64,000 nucleotides of DNA, from the NCBI RefSeq assembly GCF_006345805.1, contig NC_042998.1, forward strand, positions 74,586,001 to 74,650,000. Reading direction: 5' to 3'. A program made the position numbers and the translations under genes. Shown piece by piece: positions 38,008-49,590 of this stretch (its first letter is position 1; every line of letters starts with the position of its first letter). The notes under the pieces are model-generated. The model searched no databases, was not told where the DNA came from, and saw only the letters and a list, made by a program, of their open reading frames with translations. This DNA comes from Octopus sinensis (Eukaryota).

Positions 38008-38255
38008 CATATTTTTAAATGTCTTACTTTGAAAAATTGCATTCGGTGGGATTAGTAAAATTTTTGGTAGAAATGACTAATTTTGTCCCTCTTAGCGTGT
38101 GGCATGTATGTATAATAATGCCCTCTATATATAAATTTAATATGTTCAATAAGAAAGAATTATTTTCGAAATTTTTTCTCTTATGAGGTTTTTCACGCTA
38201 TCTACCCGATAATTTCTTGTTAAGTTTTCCTTATTAAGAAGTTGTCCTTAATTGC

Positions 38256-38317
<62 letters not shown>

Positions 38318-38329
38318 ATATATATACAT

Positions 38330-40383
38330 ATTGAGAATTTACATAAAACAAAAGACGTAGGACGGTTGTATAAACAACAAACGGATGTATTAGTTTAACG
38401 CTCGGGAAGTTAGAAAGTCTTTTACGTTAGAAAGCCTACGCTCTTCGACAGAAAGAAACACAGAAATAAATAGGGAGGGAAAAAAGAAAAGGTTTAGTGG
38501 CTAGTGATCTATCATGGCCAATGCCGGACAGAGTGGTCACATGGGAGAGCTGGGAAGAAGGGAAGATAATAAAGTAGTGACGATCCCACTACGAAGATGT
38601 ACGTGCGTGTGTGAGACCGTGTATGTGCGTGTAGAAGGGGACTGGTGACCTTGACGTGTGCATGTGTGCATGTGTAGGTGTGTGGATGATGGTGTAGGTG
38701 TTGGCAAGTGATCAGTGCTAGTGTGTGCGCTGGTGCGGGTGGTAGGAAGTGGTCAGTGCTAGTGTGTGCGGGGAAGTGTTATATGGTGTGGTATGGTGGT
38801 GTGCGGGATGGTGGTTTGTGATGTGGTGCTGTGGTGGTGTGTGGTGTGGAGGTGTTGGGATGTGGGAGAGGCGAGAGTGGGGGAAGCAAGGGCGGGGGTA
38901 TAAGATATGGGTGGGGGTGGGATGGGATGTATAGGGATGGTGGGGTTAGAATGTGTAGGGTTGAGGTAAAGAGGGAGGGGTGACGATGAAGAGAGAGGGT
39001 TGAAGGCAGAAGGTGAGTAGGAGTGAAGGGATGGGATGTGTAGGATTATTTGGCTATGGAATGTGTAGGGGTGAGGTAACGACGGAGGAGATGATGTTGC
39101 TAGAAGTGCCGATGAAGGTGTCAGTGATATTAAAGGGTCGATGATGGGTGCCTGTGAGGAGGGTGGTATTGGAGAGGTAAGGGCAAGTGCGACAGCGTGG
39201 GCGGGAGCAGGGGAACCAGCCGTGTTGGGAGGTTGGGTTAGGGAAAACTCTGGACTAAGAGCTCTCGTAGGTTGTGGGCTCGTTTGAATGAGGGGAGGAG
39301 TCGGTTAGGGAAGATGTCTGATGTGGGGGGGGGTCGGACTGACGAAGCCGGAAAGCTCGGAGAATGGTGCGTTGGAGAGGTAGGGTGTTGGTGTGGTAGG
39401 TGAGGGGAAACGGGAGACGGGTGACGGCGGGGCGGGTACAGGGGAAAAGAGCAGATGCATGGTTTACAGAACGTTCTCTGGCAAGGGCGGTGTGGATACT
39501 GGTGAGGGTATATCCACGTAGGATGAAGTGGAGAACCATGAGTTAAGACTGAGTCTCAAAGTCATGGTTGTCACTACAGAGCCTGCGTAGACAAAGGAAT
39601 TGGGAATAGGGGATAGAGAGCTTGGTATGTGAGGAGGAGAAGTTGAGGTAAGAGTGTGAGTCTGTGTGTTTGTAGTGGATAGAGGTGGTAAGAGTGGAGT
39701 GATGAATGCTACTGAAATGTCGAGAAGGTAGCCGAGGTGTCGGAAATAGTGCAGGAGAAGTGGAGGGCAGGATGGAAAGATTGGACAAAAGAGAGGAAGG
39801 AGTCTAGATGTACACGGGAGAGTGAGGTCGCACTGAAACAGTCGTCAGTATAATTACCGTATAGTTCAGGAGTGGGACCAGTGACACTTGAGAATATTTG
39901 GGCCTCAACTTAACCAACGAATAGGTTCGCATAGTTGGAGCTCATTCTCGTTCCCATGGCTACTCTCGAGAACTGCTGGTAAAAATCACCCGCGAACGAG
40001 AAGCAGTTACATGAGAGGACAAGTTTGGCCTGACGAAGGAGTGCGGATGTGTGAGGTTGGGGGTTGGGTCGAAGGTCAAGGAAATGTTGGAGTGCACGCA
40101 GCCCCTCGTGGTGAGGGATCACCGTGTATAGACTCTCGATGTCACGAATGAAGAAAAGTTTAGAGGGGCCAGGAAGGAAGGAGAAAGAGTCGAACAAACG
40201 AAGAGCATGGCTGGTGTCATGGATATGAGAGGAGAGGGAATCGACTAGGGGGCAAGGACACGGTTAAGATAACTGGAGATGAGTTCGGTGGGGCAGTTAC
40301 AGGCGGAGACGATGAGGCGGCCAGGGTTGTTAGGTTTGTGGATCTTGGAGGAAGTAAATTGTAGGAGTGCGAGGGGTGTGGAC

Positions 40384-40385
<2 letters not shown>
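38330..40385 (-). mobile_element. Penelope-like retroelement (Neptune-like) remnant: RT, Cys-rich linker, GIY-YIG region, 3' pLTR
   Basis: KIHKPNNPGR.IVSACNCPTELISSY; DIESLYTVIPHHEGL; VAMGTRMSSNYANLFVG; YKHTDSHSYLNFSSSH..SIPYSQFL; PCSRPRCRTCP linker; decayed HHR (ctttCTGTCGAAGAGCgtagGCT..AACGTAaaag) at 38419-38455. Confidence 0.9.
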
Positions 40386-40417
<32 letters not shown>

Positions 40418-40544
40418 ATATATATATAATATACATACATACATACATACATACACATAGATAGATAAATAAATCGACAAGGAGATAGGTAAATGGACAC
40501 GTGGGTAAATTGATAGTTATATTGAGAGATAAACAGAGATAAAT

Positions 40545-40660
40545 AAATGAGAGAGAGAGAGAAGGAGGAGGAGAAGAAGAAGAAGAAGAAGAAGGAGAAG
40601 AAGAAGAAGAAGAAGAAGAAGAAGAAGAAGAAGAAGAAGAAGAAAAGAAGAAGAATAATT
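40545..40660. repeat. (GA)n/(AAG)n microsatellite
   Basis: Direct reading. Confidence 0.95.
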
Positions 40661-41249
40661 GTTCAAATATAAAAGAGTAAAAGAAGTGAACAAGATAGTG
40701 AGATAAGAAAGGTAAAGTAAATTACAGAAATATATAAAAAAAAAGAGACAAGAGACAAGTGATAGAGAAGGAGATGCATAATGTGTGGGAGAGAGAGAGA
40801 GATTGAGAGAGAGAGAGAGTGAGGGAGAGACAGTGAGAGAGAGAGAGAGAGAGAAAGAGAAAATATATATAAGTGGGAAGAGGGAGAGAATTAGCTAGAA
40901 GCTGTGCTGTCAATGTAACTAGAAAAGAGAATTGGATTAATTCGGACAGTTTGGCAAGAGCAAGAAATGGAATTAGATTATCTGTAAGGTTGTAAAAAGC
41001 CAAGCAACAAATGGTTTGTAAAGACGAGGACAACATTTCAGTTATTGACGTTTTGCCTTTTTTTTTTCTTTTTGTTATATCACAATTCTTGTTGTTGCTT
41101 TCATTCTTGTTGGTGTTGTTGCTGCACTGCTGCTGTTTTTGTTGTCACCGATAGAAAAAAAAATAACTAACAAACTTTTACATCAACCTTCCATTCATTG
41201 TATGTTTTGTGTTTCTTGGTCGATAGTTTCTATTTCTATGTGCTTTTTT

Positions 41250-41720
41250 GTTTTAACATTATTCAAAGAAGCGGTAGCCTCTTTGACCTTTGTAGACCCC
41301 ACCACCTCGTCACTGAATGGTGATATCCACATGGTTGATATTTCATCTGAACTTTTTTAGGTGAACGCCTGCAGGAAATATATAACGATGGGAGGAAATG
41401 TAATTGTAAATATAAAAAATATTTGGCGAAGAGTTTGGAGTGATAAATAGGGGAGGGGTGAAACACTTCAGTGTGTGAGCTGAGAGGAGGATAAGAGCAC
41501 ATCTAGTAGGGGAGTGCAATGGAAGTGATATATTGTTAGTAAAGAGGAGCAGATAACATTTTTGTAAGAGAAAGAAGGTAATGAATACCACAGATTTGTA
41601 AATCAATAGTTGTAGCGGATTGGCGAATGACTTTTTACTTATAAACCGAATGACATTTTTTAATGTCGCCTAAGAAGCTTTTGTATAGAGCAGCAACAGC
41701 ATCTTAGATATGTGAGCAGG
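41250..41720 (-). mobile_element. Possible very old L2/Crack-like RT remnant
   Basis: Weak similarity only (VAALYKSF ~ VALDISKAF; LLLFTNN ~ LFLLFIND). Confidence 0.3.
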
Positions 41721-41772
41721 AAATCTTAAGAACAAATACGCTCGACCATGTTACTTAACCATGTCACGGAAT

Positions 41773-41815
41773 AGGGGTCAGCGAACTACTACCCGCGGGC
41801 CAGATCCGGTCGCGG
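41773..41815 (+). mobile_element. hAT/Charlie-like terminal sequence (one end only)
   Basis: taggggtcagcgaactactacccgcgggccagatccggtcgcggg resembles Charlie-type termini; matching right TIR not found. Confidence 0.5.
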
Positions 41816-43652
41816 GCTTTATGTTGCGTTGCATACAAGAATTATTTGTTCTCTTTAGCTAACTTTGATAAGCAAACAATAAAATTTAGTGTCAAAAACT
41901 GGAACAAAAATTATATTTGTGTAGCAGTCTCAAATTAATCAATGATTTACATTAATATGAAAAAATGAAAGTACTTCATACGGTAAAAAGAAGAAAGTTT
42001 CTCCCAGGTGCGATATATTAAGATGTAAATGTCTTCGCCTTTCTAATGGTTATACAGAGTCTAACAGCGTTTCATATACTGTCATTGTGTAGTTAACATG
42101 AATAATTGATTTTTAAGAAAGAAGTGAGGGACAAAAATACTTGTTCGTTGAGGAACGCAAGTAAGCTTGTTGATACAAAAATCACTCCATGGGTACTGGT
42201 GCAAGTCAAGTTTAAGATATTTTAACTCTTGCCCAAGCACCATGTAATACATGATGAATTTTTAAGTCATTAACTGTGAAACGGTTCCTTAATTTCATTA
42301 CTTGACGTTACATTCTTTTTAAAATGTACTTTTTCTAATCACTTGTATGCTTTCGGTTTCATTTTCTTTACACTTCGGCAACACCCATTAGACATAAAAT
42401 ATTTCAAATGACCCAATTCTCTGATTCGCCTACTTCTACCATTGAATAAAACAAGGATAAATTCTCCCACATAAATATAGGACATATAAAACCCAGAAAA
42501 TTTCAAATAAGAGCCTCTTTACGGATAGATGAAAATATTTTCAAAGAAACATATTTATAAAACTGAATTACACATGGATCACAACTGATCACAAACGCAT
42601 AATTAGAATAGATTTCAAAAACTGGGTAAGAAACCCTGTTAACAGCCCTAATTTTAATGTCAACGTGCAAGTCGTAAATTTCATGACTCAAACTGCTACA
42701 TCGCACACATTCCTGCGACATTCCCGCGTCGGCTGATCGTGAATTTACCAAGAGATTATGCAGTGCCTTGTAATACAGAGTACACAACAGAATGAGAGAG
42801 AGAATCATAAATTGAGAACACAAACATCTTATATTGAATTTCATAAAAAAATATAAGATTACTTATGGAAGATTTATTACTATCAAAATACAAGCATTTA
42901 AAAAAAATTTTGCATTAACATTCAGATACACGTTCAGGAAATAAACTAAGAAAGTAATCGGGAGTTAACTAAATAATCTTAAATCTGATTTTTATCACAT
43001 TCAAAATCATTTGCTCGAAACTTTGTTGCTTACTACATGTCGCGGCATCAAGCGTTACTTCTATCATTTCATTCAGAAACTGAGGTCAAGATGGTTTTGA
43101 AACGTCAATAGACACAACGCTATTGAACAAGACATAAATGATTGATAAAGAAATATAAAATATCTTTAATAAAAAAAACCCTAATTAAATTATTATACGT
43201 TTTTGTGATCTATACCTAACATGTATTTTATCCATAGTGTACTTTTTGTACGTAATGTGTTTATTTTTAGTAGAAGAATTGTCTAATGTATTTGTTGCAT
43301 TATATTTTTGTCGCTTGGTCAACTAGTTTGAATTTGAATATCCATTTGTTGATTAGTGTTTATTGGATGAATTTATTTACCTTGCGTTTTATTTGTGAAA
43401 GAGAATCTAAATAGTCTCTTAAGAAGTGGTTTTTACCACTGACATTTTGTTGGCATATGGACATTTGATGTCTACGTATAGGTATATGCATTTATTTGTG
43501 TATTTTGTGTATAATGATGCAATATAGCTGTTGCTTTTAATCTGTTTATGTCCAGCAATGGAGTCATATTATTCAGTTCTATATTTAAGAGACGAGGAAT
43601 TATGTACATTATTTACACTTGACGGATATTTGTCCTCATCTTGTTTGTTGTT

Positions 43653-43700
43653 AACACAACGTTTCGGCTGATATACCCTCCAGCCTTCATCAGGTGTCTT
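43653..43700 (-). ncRNA. Minimal type-I hammerhead (dimer-type), core intact
   Basis: Minus strand: gacac-CTGATGA-a-ggctg...cagcc-GAAA-CG-TT-gtgtt; zero-loop palindromic ACGU stem III. Confidence 0.65.
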
Positions 43701-43799
43701 GGAGAAATTTCGAACCTGGGTTCTCATTCCTAAGGTATTTTTGATGTTATTATTATCGAAAAATACCTTAGGAATGAGAACCCAGGTTCAAATTTCCCC

Positions 43800-43847
43800 A
43801 AGACACCTAATGAAGGTTGGAGAGTATATCAGCCGAAACGTTGTGTT
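43800..43847 (+). ncRNA. Minimal hammerhead, mutated core (CUAAUGA)
   Basis: gacac-CTAATGA-a-ggttg...cagcc-GAAACGTT-gtgtt. Confidence 0.5.
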
Positions 43848-43949
43848 AACAACAAATAAGATGAGGGAAAAATCCGTCAACTGTAAATAATGTAAATGAT
43901 GTACATATTAATATTGTTTTCAATCTGGAATGTTAGTATTGAGTTGCTC

Positions 43950-44530
43950 TCTAAACCCGTCTTATATTTTCACCGTCGTCTGATTTGTATACTACAACTA
44001 GTATGAAGTTGATTGTTAAAGCGATACTTACAAACTTCACAACTGTAATCATTGCATTGACTGGACATGTAGAACACTCTGTTACAGGCCGAACATGCAT
44101 GCATAAGGAGCAATTGCAACACACAGCACACAATGAAACAAATCCAGGTAGAAAAATATTAACAGATAATATTTCTATACTTTTTAAATATCTACAGTCA
44201 TAGATGATTGATTATGGAAGCAATACTTATATCTCATCAAAAGACGTAATTATCAAACTAAACAACACACACATCACAGGAAGATAGAACGGCACCAGTG
44301 ATTATCAAAGTATAATTTAGTGACATGGAATCATAAAGAACAAGATATAAATCTGATGACGTGAATCTCCAAAGTTCTAACAGTCATCTTCTGGCTATAA
44401 AGTTTACATAAACAACATTCTGGCTTAAGGTTTGCTGAAACAAAGCCGTCCACTATAAAAAGAGACAGTACAGAAGACATCACTCCATGCCCTGAAGAGG
44501 ATGTTGAAATAACCTGGAAACGTTGATAAA
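43950..44530 (+). mobile_element. Possible old Penelope-like GIY-YIG remnant with decayed HHR (~44475-44515)
   Basis: C..C...TGRT..HKEQ..H-like translation near 44045-44125; ccCTGAAGAGG..CCtgGAAACGTT downstream. Confidence 0.35.
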
Positions 44531-45499
44531 TATGAATTTTGAATCTTTATTGTTCCAAACAAATTACAACTATCAGATATAAAGATGCGTAAAAAAGACT
44601 ATTGAGTCAAGACTATTAAAAAGATTGCAAGATGCAACAAAAATTTTAGGAAAATAAAAATAAGAAATAAGTGGAAATTTTACTGGTGAGTGTGTTACAT
44701 TATAAGGCACAAAAAGAAAATGTCTCTCCTCAGACACAACAGAATATGCTTCAACACACGAACTCATATAAAGAATCTTATAAACCTGATCTAAAAACGA
44801 AATAAGAAAGACTATTAATTTAAAAAATCAAATTAAAGCAAAGTCGTGTTTTCTTCCCCACATATAAAATTATATATATTTGAGGTCATTATTTCCTTAG
44901 GAGAGTTACTAAATACATTGAAACACATATCTAAACAGCGCAAACATTCGTAAAAAGAGCACATAAAACATATTGACTTATGTAGTAGTATAAGGACTAG
45001 AGAAACAGTGCGCTAAGAATAGAACTTTAGATGCATTCAAACATAAATCTATAAGACGTATAAACAAGTGGAAAAGCACAATAGAAACCATCACATCCCA
45101 AACACATGAGATCTGTGTGGTTCAGTTCACTGGGAACTAAACGAAAACCACTATGGTAACAACAACAGTATCAGCATCATAACTAACACTCCACAAACAA
45201 GAAGTGTTGTAGCGACAAACAATATACAAAAAAAAAAAGAAAACCAAAACCGTCAGCAACGATCACATAACAACAAAAACAGCAGCAGTAGCATCATCAA
45301 CAATACCAACACCACCAATAGCAGTGGTAACAAAACAACTGTTTCACCCTTCCAACAACAACAACAACAAAAGCAACAACAACAGTAGTAGCACAACAAC
45401 AATAATAACCCATGCACATTCACAACACAGAAAATAGCCACAGAATCGACCACACAGAAAAGAAAATACTACTATCACTAAAATAACAAAAGAAAAAGT

Positions 45500-46900
45500 C
45501 TGCTATTGGAATCCAAAATGGAGATGATGGCCAGACTTGAACAAATGAAGACAAGCATGTGAATATGCAGCTACAACAATGTTACACTCTCAACCTTGCA
45601 CATAACAATAAAAAAGAATAAAAACTAACGTTATAACATAATTTTCACTACGAACGATAGGGAAACAGAAACAATGAATATAACGAGAGATCTGAGCACA
45701 AGATCAATAAACATGGATAAAACGGTGAATTTTCTCATGCTGCGATTAAACAAACATCTTCGAGAAATAATAGCCAAATCCCAACAGGCTTTCCAGTAAA
45801 TAATTTCCAGAAGCAAACCTGACCATTAATAGAATATATATTCCAATTTGCGCAGTAGTCATGGTAGTATCGAATAAAATTGGGTTCACCATTAACAGAA
45901 GGCGCAACCACCCCATTTTGCTCACTAAAAACAGTGGAAGAGAAAATATATTCTACAAAACTTGCAAAATGCAAAACATATTCATACTTATCTAGTGATA
46001 ATAAAAATAAAAGACGTTCTGAAATAGGCGCAAACAAAAGCATATATTGAGTAGTTTTTAATCAGAACGGTGTACTGGCAATAAACACGAAGTAAAACAA
46101 CTAAAACAAAGCAACGTTGAAAGATAAAGCAATAACAATAAAAATATAATCATCATATTGAGAGGGAAATGAAAAGTAAATAAAAAACATAATGCAAGGT
46201 AAAGAAGAGAAAGAGAGAAAACAAGAGAGAGACAGAGAGAAAAGACGAATGCAATAATATGATAAACACGATTCAAAATAAGCAGTGGGAACTTCACAAC
46301 ACAATAAAGACATCTAGTAGAAGAGATGTTTTTAAATTCTAGTTAAGAATCTTAACGGGTATACACGAAGCCATAGCAACAACAGCATTCAATGAATTAC
46401 CACAGAGACTTGAATCAACACTCAACTGGTTACTTGAGAGGAAAAGAATATTAATTCCTCGAATTGAAAACATCAGAGACCAAAAGAAGAAAAACATCTG
46501 TAGTCCAACGTTATATATAAAGCTTGTGCCATTTATAACTATAAAGAGTTAGGCAGGCTGCAAACGGAGAAAATTATATTATTTTAACCAAATCACTTAC
46601 AAGTTATTAGAAAGGGAATAAGAAAAATCAAATATTGGTAAAACTGAACACACTGAAACTATGAAAAGACTAAACATGGCATATTGTTCAGAGAATGAAT
46701 TACTCTTAATTGAGAACTAGTGATTACCTAAAGCATTCGAAGGCATACTACACTCCTTAATATTAGAGAGTCTCTACATTGCAGTGGCAATATTAAGACA
46801 TGTTCAATATCAATATGTATAGTATACTGCTCCAATGCTGAAACAATATGATAATACTCCTTGATATTAAAGACAATGCAGCCCGATCTAGACAATAAAT
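45500..46900 (+). mobile_element. Old degenerate R4/Dong LINE
   Basis: WLLERKRILIPRIEN..CSPTLYIKL ~ WLTEGRTILIPK..CLPTIYKIL; further weak matches to KWKSPG..FWLKNL and AFDSVPHSW; preceded by a (CAA)n-rich tract. Confidence 0.5.
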
Positions 46901-48179
46901 CACATTTCGTGATTGTGGAAGCTTATATACCACAATTTTGACACTGGAGATTATTTAAATAACTTACTGATGCATTCTCATTGCAAAATAAAAAGAAATG
47001 CTGTAAAGTTATTTCGGTGTTGTACAGGTCTAATAAGTAATTTAATCTGAGACTGTGTGTTCTAGTTGTAAAAGGCTGTTCTAACCATTTAATAACACAA
47101 AAAATAGAACTGGTTTTTAATAGTGTCAAAAATTATAGAGGAACTGTGTCAGTGACAAAGTCACAGATGTGTGGGCAAAACTTTTGACATCTCATGAAAT
47201 GAATTTTGATTAAAGCGAATTTTACAGCATTTTGTGATTCTGATTATTTAAAAATTAAATATTTAAGTAAGAAAATTATGAATACTCTAACATTAAAATC
47301 CGTAGCAAGCATTGGTACACTTGGTAGCCCAGCTTGAAATGCATTAACATATACGTGTAAAAGAAGAGAAGTTGAATATCAAAAAGATTTATTCACATTT
47401 TCTTAACCGGTTTCACAATTCTATGATTTTCAAAAGTAGTGTGAGAAGAAGGAACCTATAGCTATGCTGAATTTGTCTCGACTCTGATTGGAATTAGAAA
47501 ATTGCATGAGATAAGAGGGTAATGTTTGAATGATGAGTGCGACAAAAGTTAAACTGCTTAGCGCCGTGAATATGTCATGAAGCAGTATTACTAAGAATTG
47601 CACCCCACATTCGCATATTAGCTCCCGTGACAGTGTGGATAGTAACTGCACCAAAAAAAATGGCTGTCTTACCCAGTGAATGTATCAGGTGACAATATGA
47701 ATAACAACTTACTAAAATAGCTAAAAATAGAGAGATAGATTACTTGTTTGTATATATAAACAAACATTCTATCTTTGACACTCAGTGGATTAACACTGCC
47801 CTAACATTTAGCGCACGCATCATACACACAGTCGCACAAACTTCTGACCTCATACAAATTTCCAAATTCTAGTTAGTCAAGAAAAATACAGTATAACTTC
47901 CGGTCATCTCCATCTCGCACTGGCGAAAACGCAGATGGAGACACCTAAGTTGTATGAGGCAAGGTAGCAATTTGGTTTTTGCTAATGTAAAAAGGATTTT
48001 TTTATATGTCTCAATGTATTGTATAATATCTTTGAAACAACTTTGATTTTATATAAATTTCTATATCCTCAAATATTTTTGCAACTAGTTTATGTATATA
48101 TAAATGGGTCTTTGTGGTAATACGATTAGGAGAATCCTTAGGGTATTGGTAAAAATACACTACGATGTTTGTTCCAGTT

Positions 48180-48536
48180 TATGTAGATGGCATTCATTTA
48201 GTCGACGAGCTGTCTTTTCTCAAAATTAATGGCCTTACACTAAAATTAGAATCATTTACTAAGACGGTGGATTGGCAAAATCATTACAGCGTCGATAAAA
48301 ATGCTTTGCAGTATTTGTTCAGGCTTTATACGTTCTGAGACCAAACCCCGCCGCAGCTAACTTTAGCTCTGGTCCTTTCGAGGGCTTTGTTGGCTTTGTG
48401 CTTAAATTTGTGCCTATTATTTGAAACCAATATTTGTAGGACGGAGAAAGCAGTGAGATGGTAGCACGCCGGGAAAAAGGCTTAGCGTTATTTAGTCTGT
48501 CTTTACGTTCCGAGTTCAAATTCCGCCTAGGTTGAC
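48180..48536 (+). mobile_element. Cluster of three SINE family B fragments
   Basis: Tail at ~48180-48250; heads at 48262 and 48439 with gttctgagacc / gagttcaaattcc B boxes. Confidence 0.7.
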
Positions 48537-48720
48537 TGCCACAAGGAGAAATGATCAACTGGTTAAGATTAAACAACTGACAAGCAAATCTATGGTATTG
48601 AACTGAATATTTACTGTAGCCCATCTTATATACCAAGACAAAACGATGTACACGATAACACTTCCAATCAGTTAAGGTCAAAGCTACGAGAGCCACTGCT
48701 TGGTACTGTAGCAGAGCATT
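48537..48720 (-). mobile_element. ORF-less microsatellite-associated repeat, copy 2 (5' part)
   Basis: Collinear with ~49325-49494; 5' end abuts the (TTC)n tract. Confidence 0.82.
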
Positions 48721-48856
48721 TCTTCTTCTTCTTCTTCCTTCTTCTTCTTCTTCTTCTTCTTCTTCTTCTTCTTCTTCTTCTTCTTCTTCTTCTTCTCCTC
48801 CTCCTCCTCCTCCTCCTCCTCCTCCTCCTCTTCTTCTTCTTCTTCTTCTTCTTCTT

Positions 48857-48943
<87 letters not shown>
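48721..48943. repeat. Compound (TTC)n-(CTC)n-(TTC)n-(TTA)n microsatellite
   Basis: Direct reading. Confidence 0.97.
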
Positions 48944-49510
48944 GAGTGAGAGAGCAGTGCATGCCATCAAAGTGACACTGGGGTAAAATATACCAAGCCC
49001 AGTATACTCATCATGACTACCCATCTGTCAAGGGTACACCAGGCACATGCATCACAACCATGTGTGCGCAACATGGTGATCTCATATCAAGACAAACAGC
49101 ACATGACCTCGCAGGTGGGGCCCAGTTAAAATTTTCTTCTGGTCGAGTAACCCATCCCGCTCAAAAGGTCCCTGAATAAGGGTTGTTTAAAGATGTTGAA
49201 CGAAACATCCATGTTTCCATAGGTGAATTATTCAAACCTCCAAGAATTCCTTTCAACACACGGCTATGATGCTTCCCCACTTCTGCTCATGATCAGAGAT
49301 GCACATATCCTCAGATATTAAGGAACATGGTCAACTGGTTAAGGTCAAACAACTGACAAGCAAATCTGTGGTATTGAGCAGAATATTTGCTGTAGCCCAT
49401 CTTTTATACCAACACAAAATGTACATGATAACACTTCCAATCAGTTAAGATCAGAAGCCACGAGAGCCAGTGCCTGGTACAGCATCAGGGCATTGGTACT
49501 GCATCAGGGC

Positions 49511-49513
<3 letters not shown>
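48944..49513 (-). mobile_element. ORF-less microsatellite-associated repeat, copy 3 (apparently full length)
   Basis: Element sense aatgccctgatgc[a/t]gtacc (x2)...gcactgctctctcactc-(aat)n; (TTA)n on both sides. Confidence 0.88.

Positions 49514-49589
<76 letters not shown>

Positions 49590-49590
<1 letters not shown>

Larger units (their letters stand above)
37500..38245 (+). mobile_element. ORF-less HHR-bearing unit 2: inverted partial copy (37500-37685), 458-nt monomer, ~100-nt partial tandem copy
   Basis: tgttcaataagaaagaattattttcg repeats at 37685 and 38143; 37500-37685 is the reverse complement of ~37943-38130. Confidence 0.8.
43605..43894. repeat. Large palindrome (~138-bp arms, ~14-nt centre) carrying two opposed hammerhead motifs
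   Basis: tacattatttacacttgacgg...aaggtatttttga / tcgaaaaataccttagg...ccgtcaactgtaaataatgta. Confidence 0.92.

Noticed and set aside
36855-38245. Repeated blocks as a CRISPR-like array
   Set aside because: Eukaryotic context; repeats are long partial tandem or inverted copies without regular unique spacers.
47880-47945. ETS-like ACTTCCGG plus small hairpin as a promoter
   Set aside because: A single short motif with no supporting transcript or CpG-rich context.
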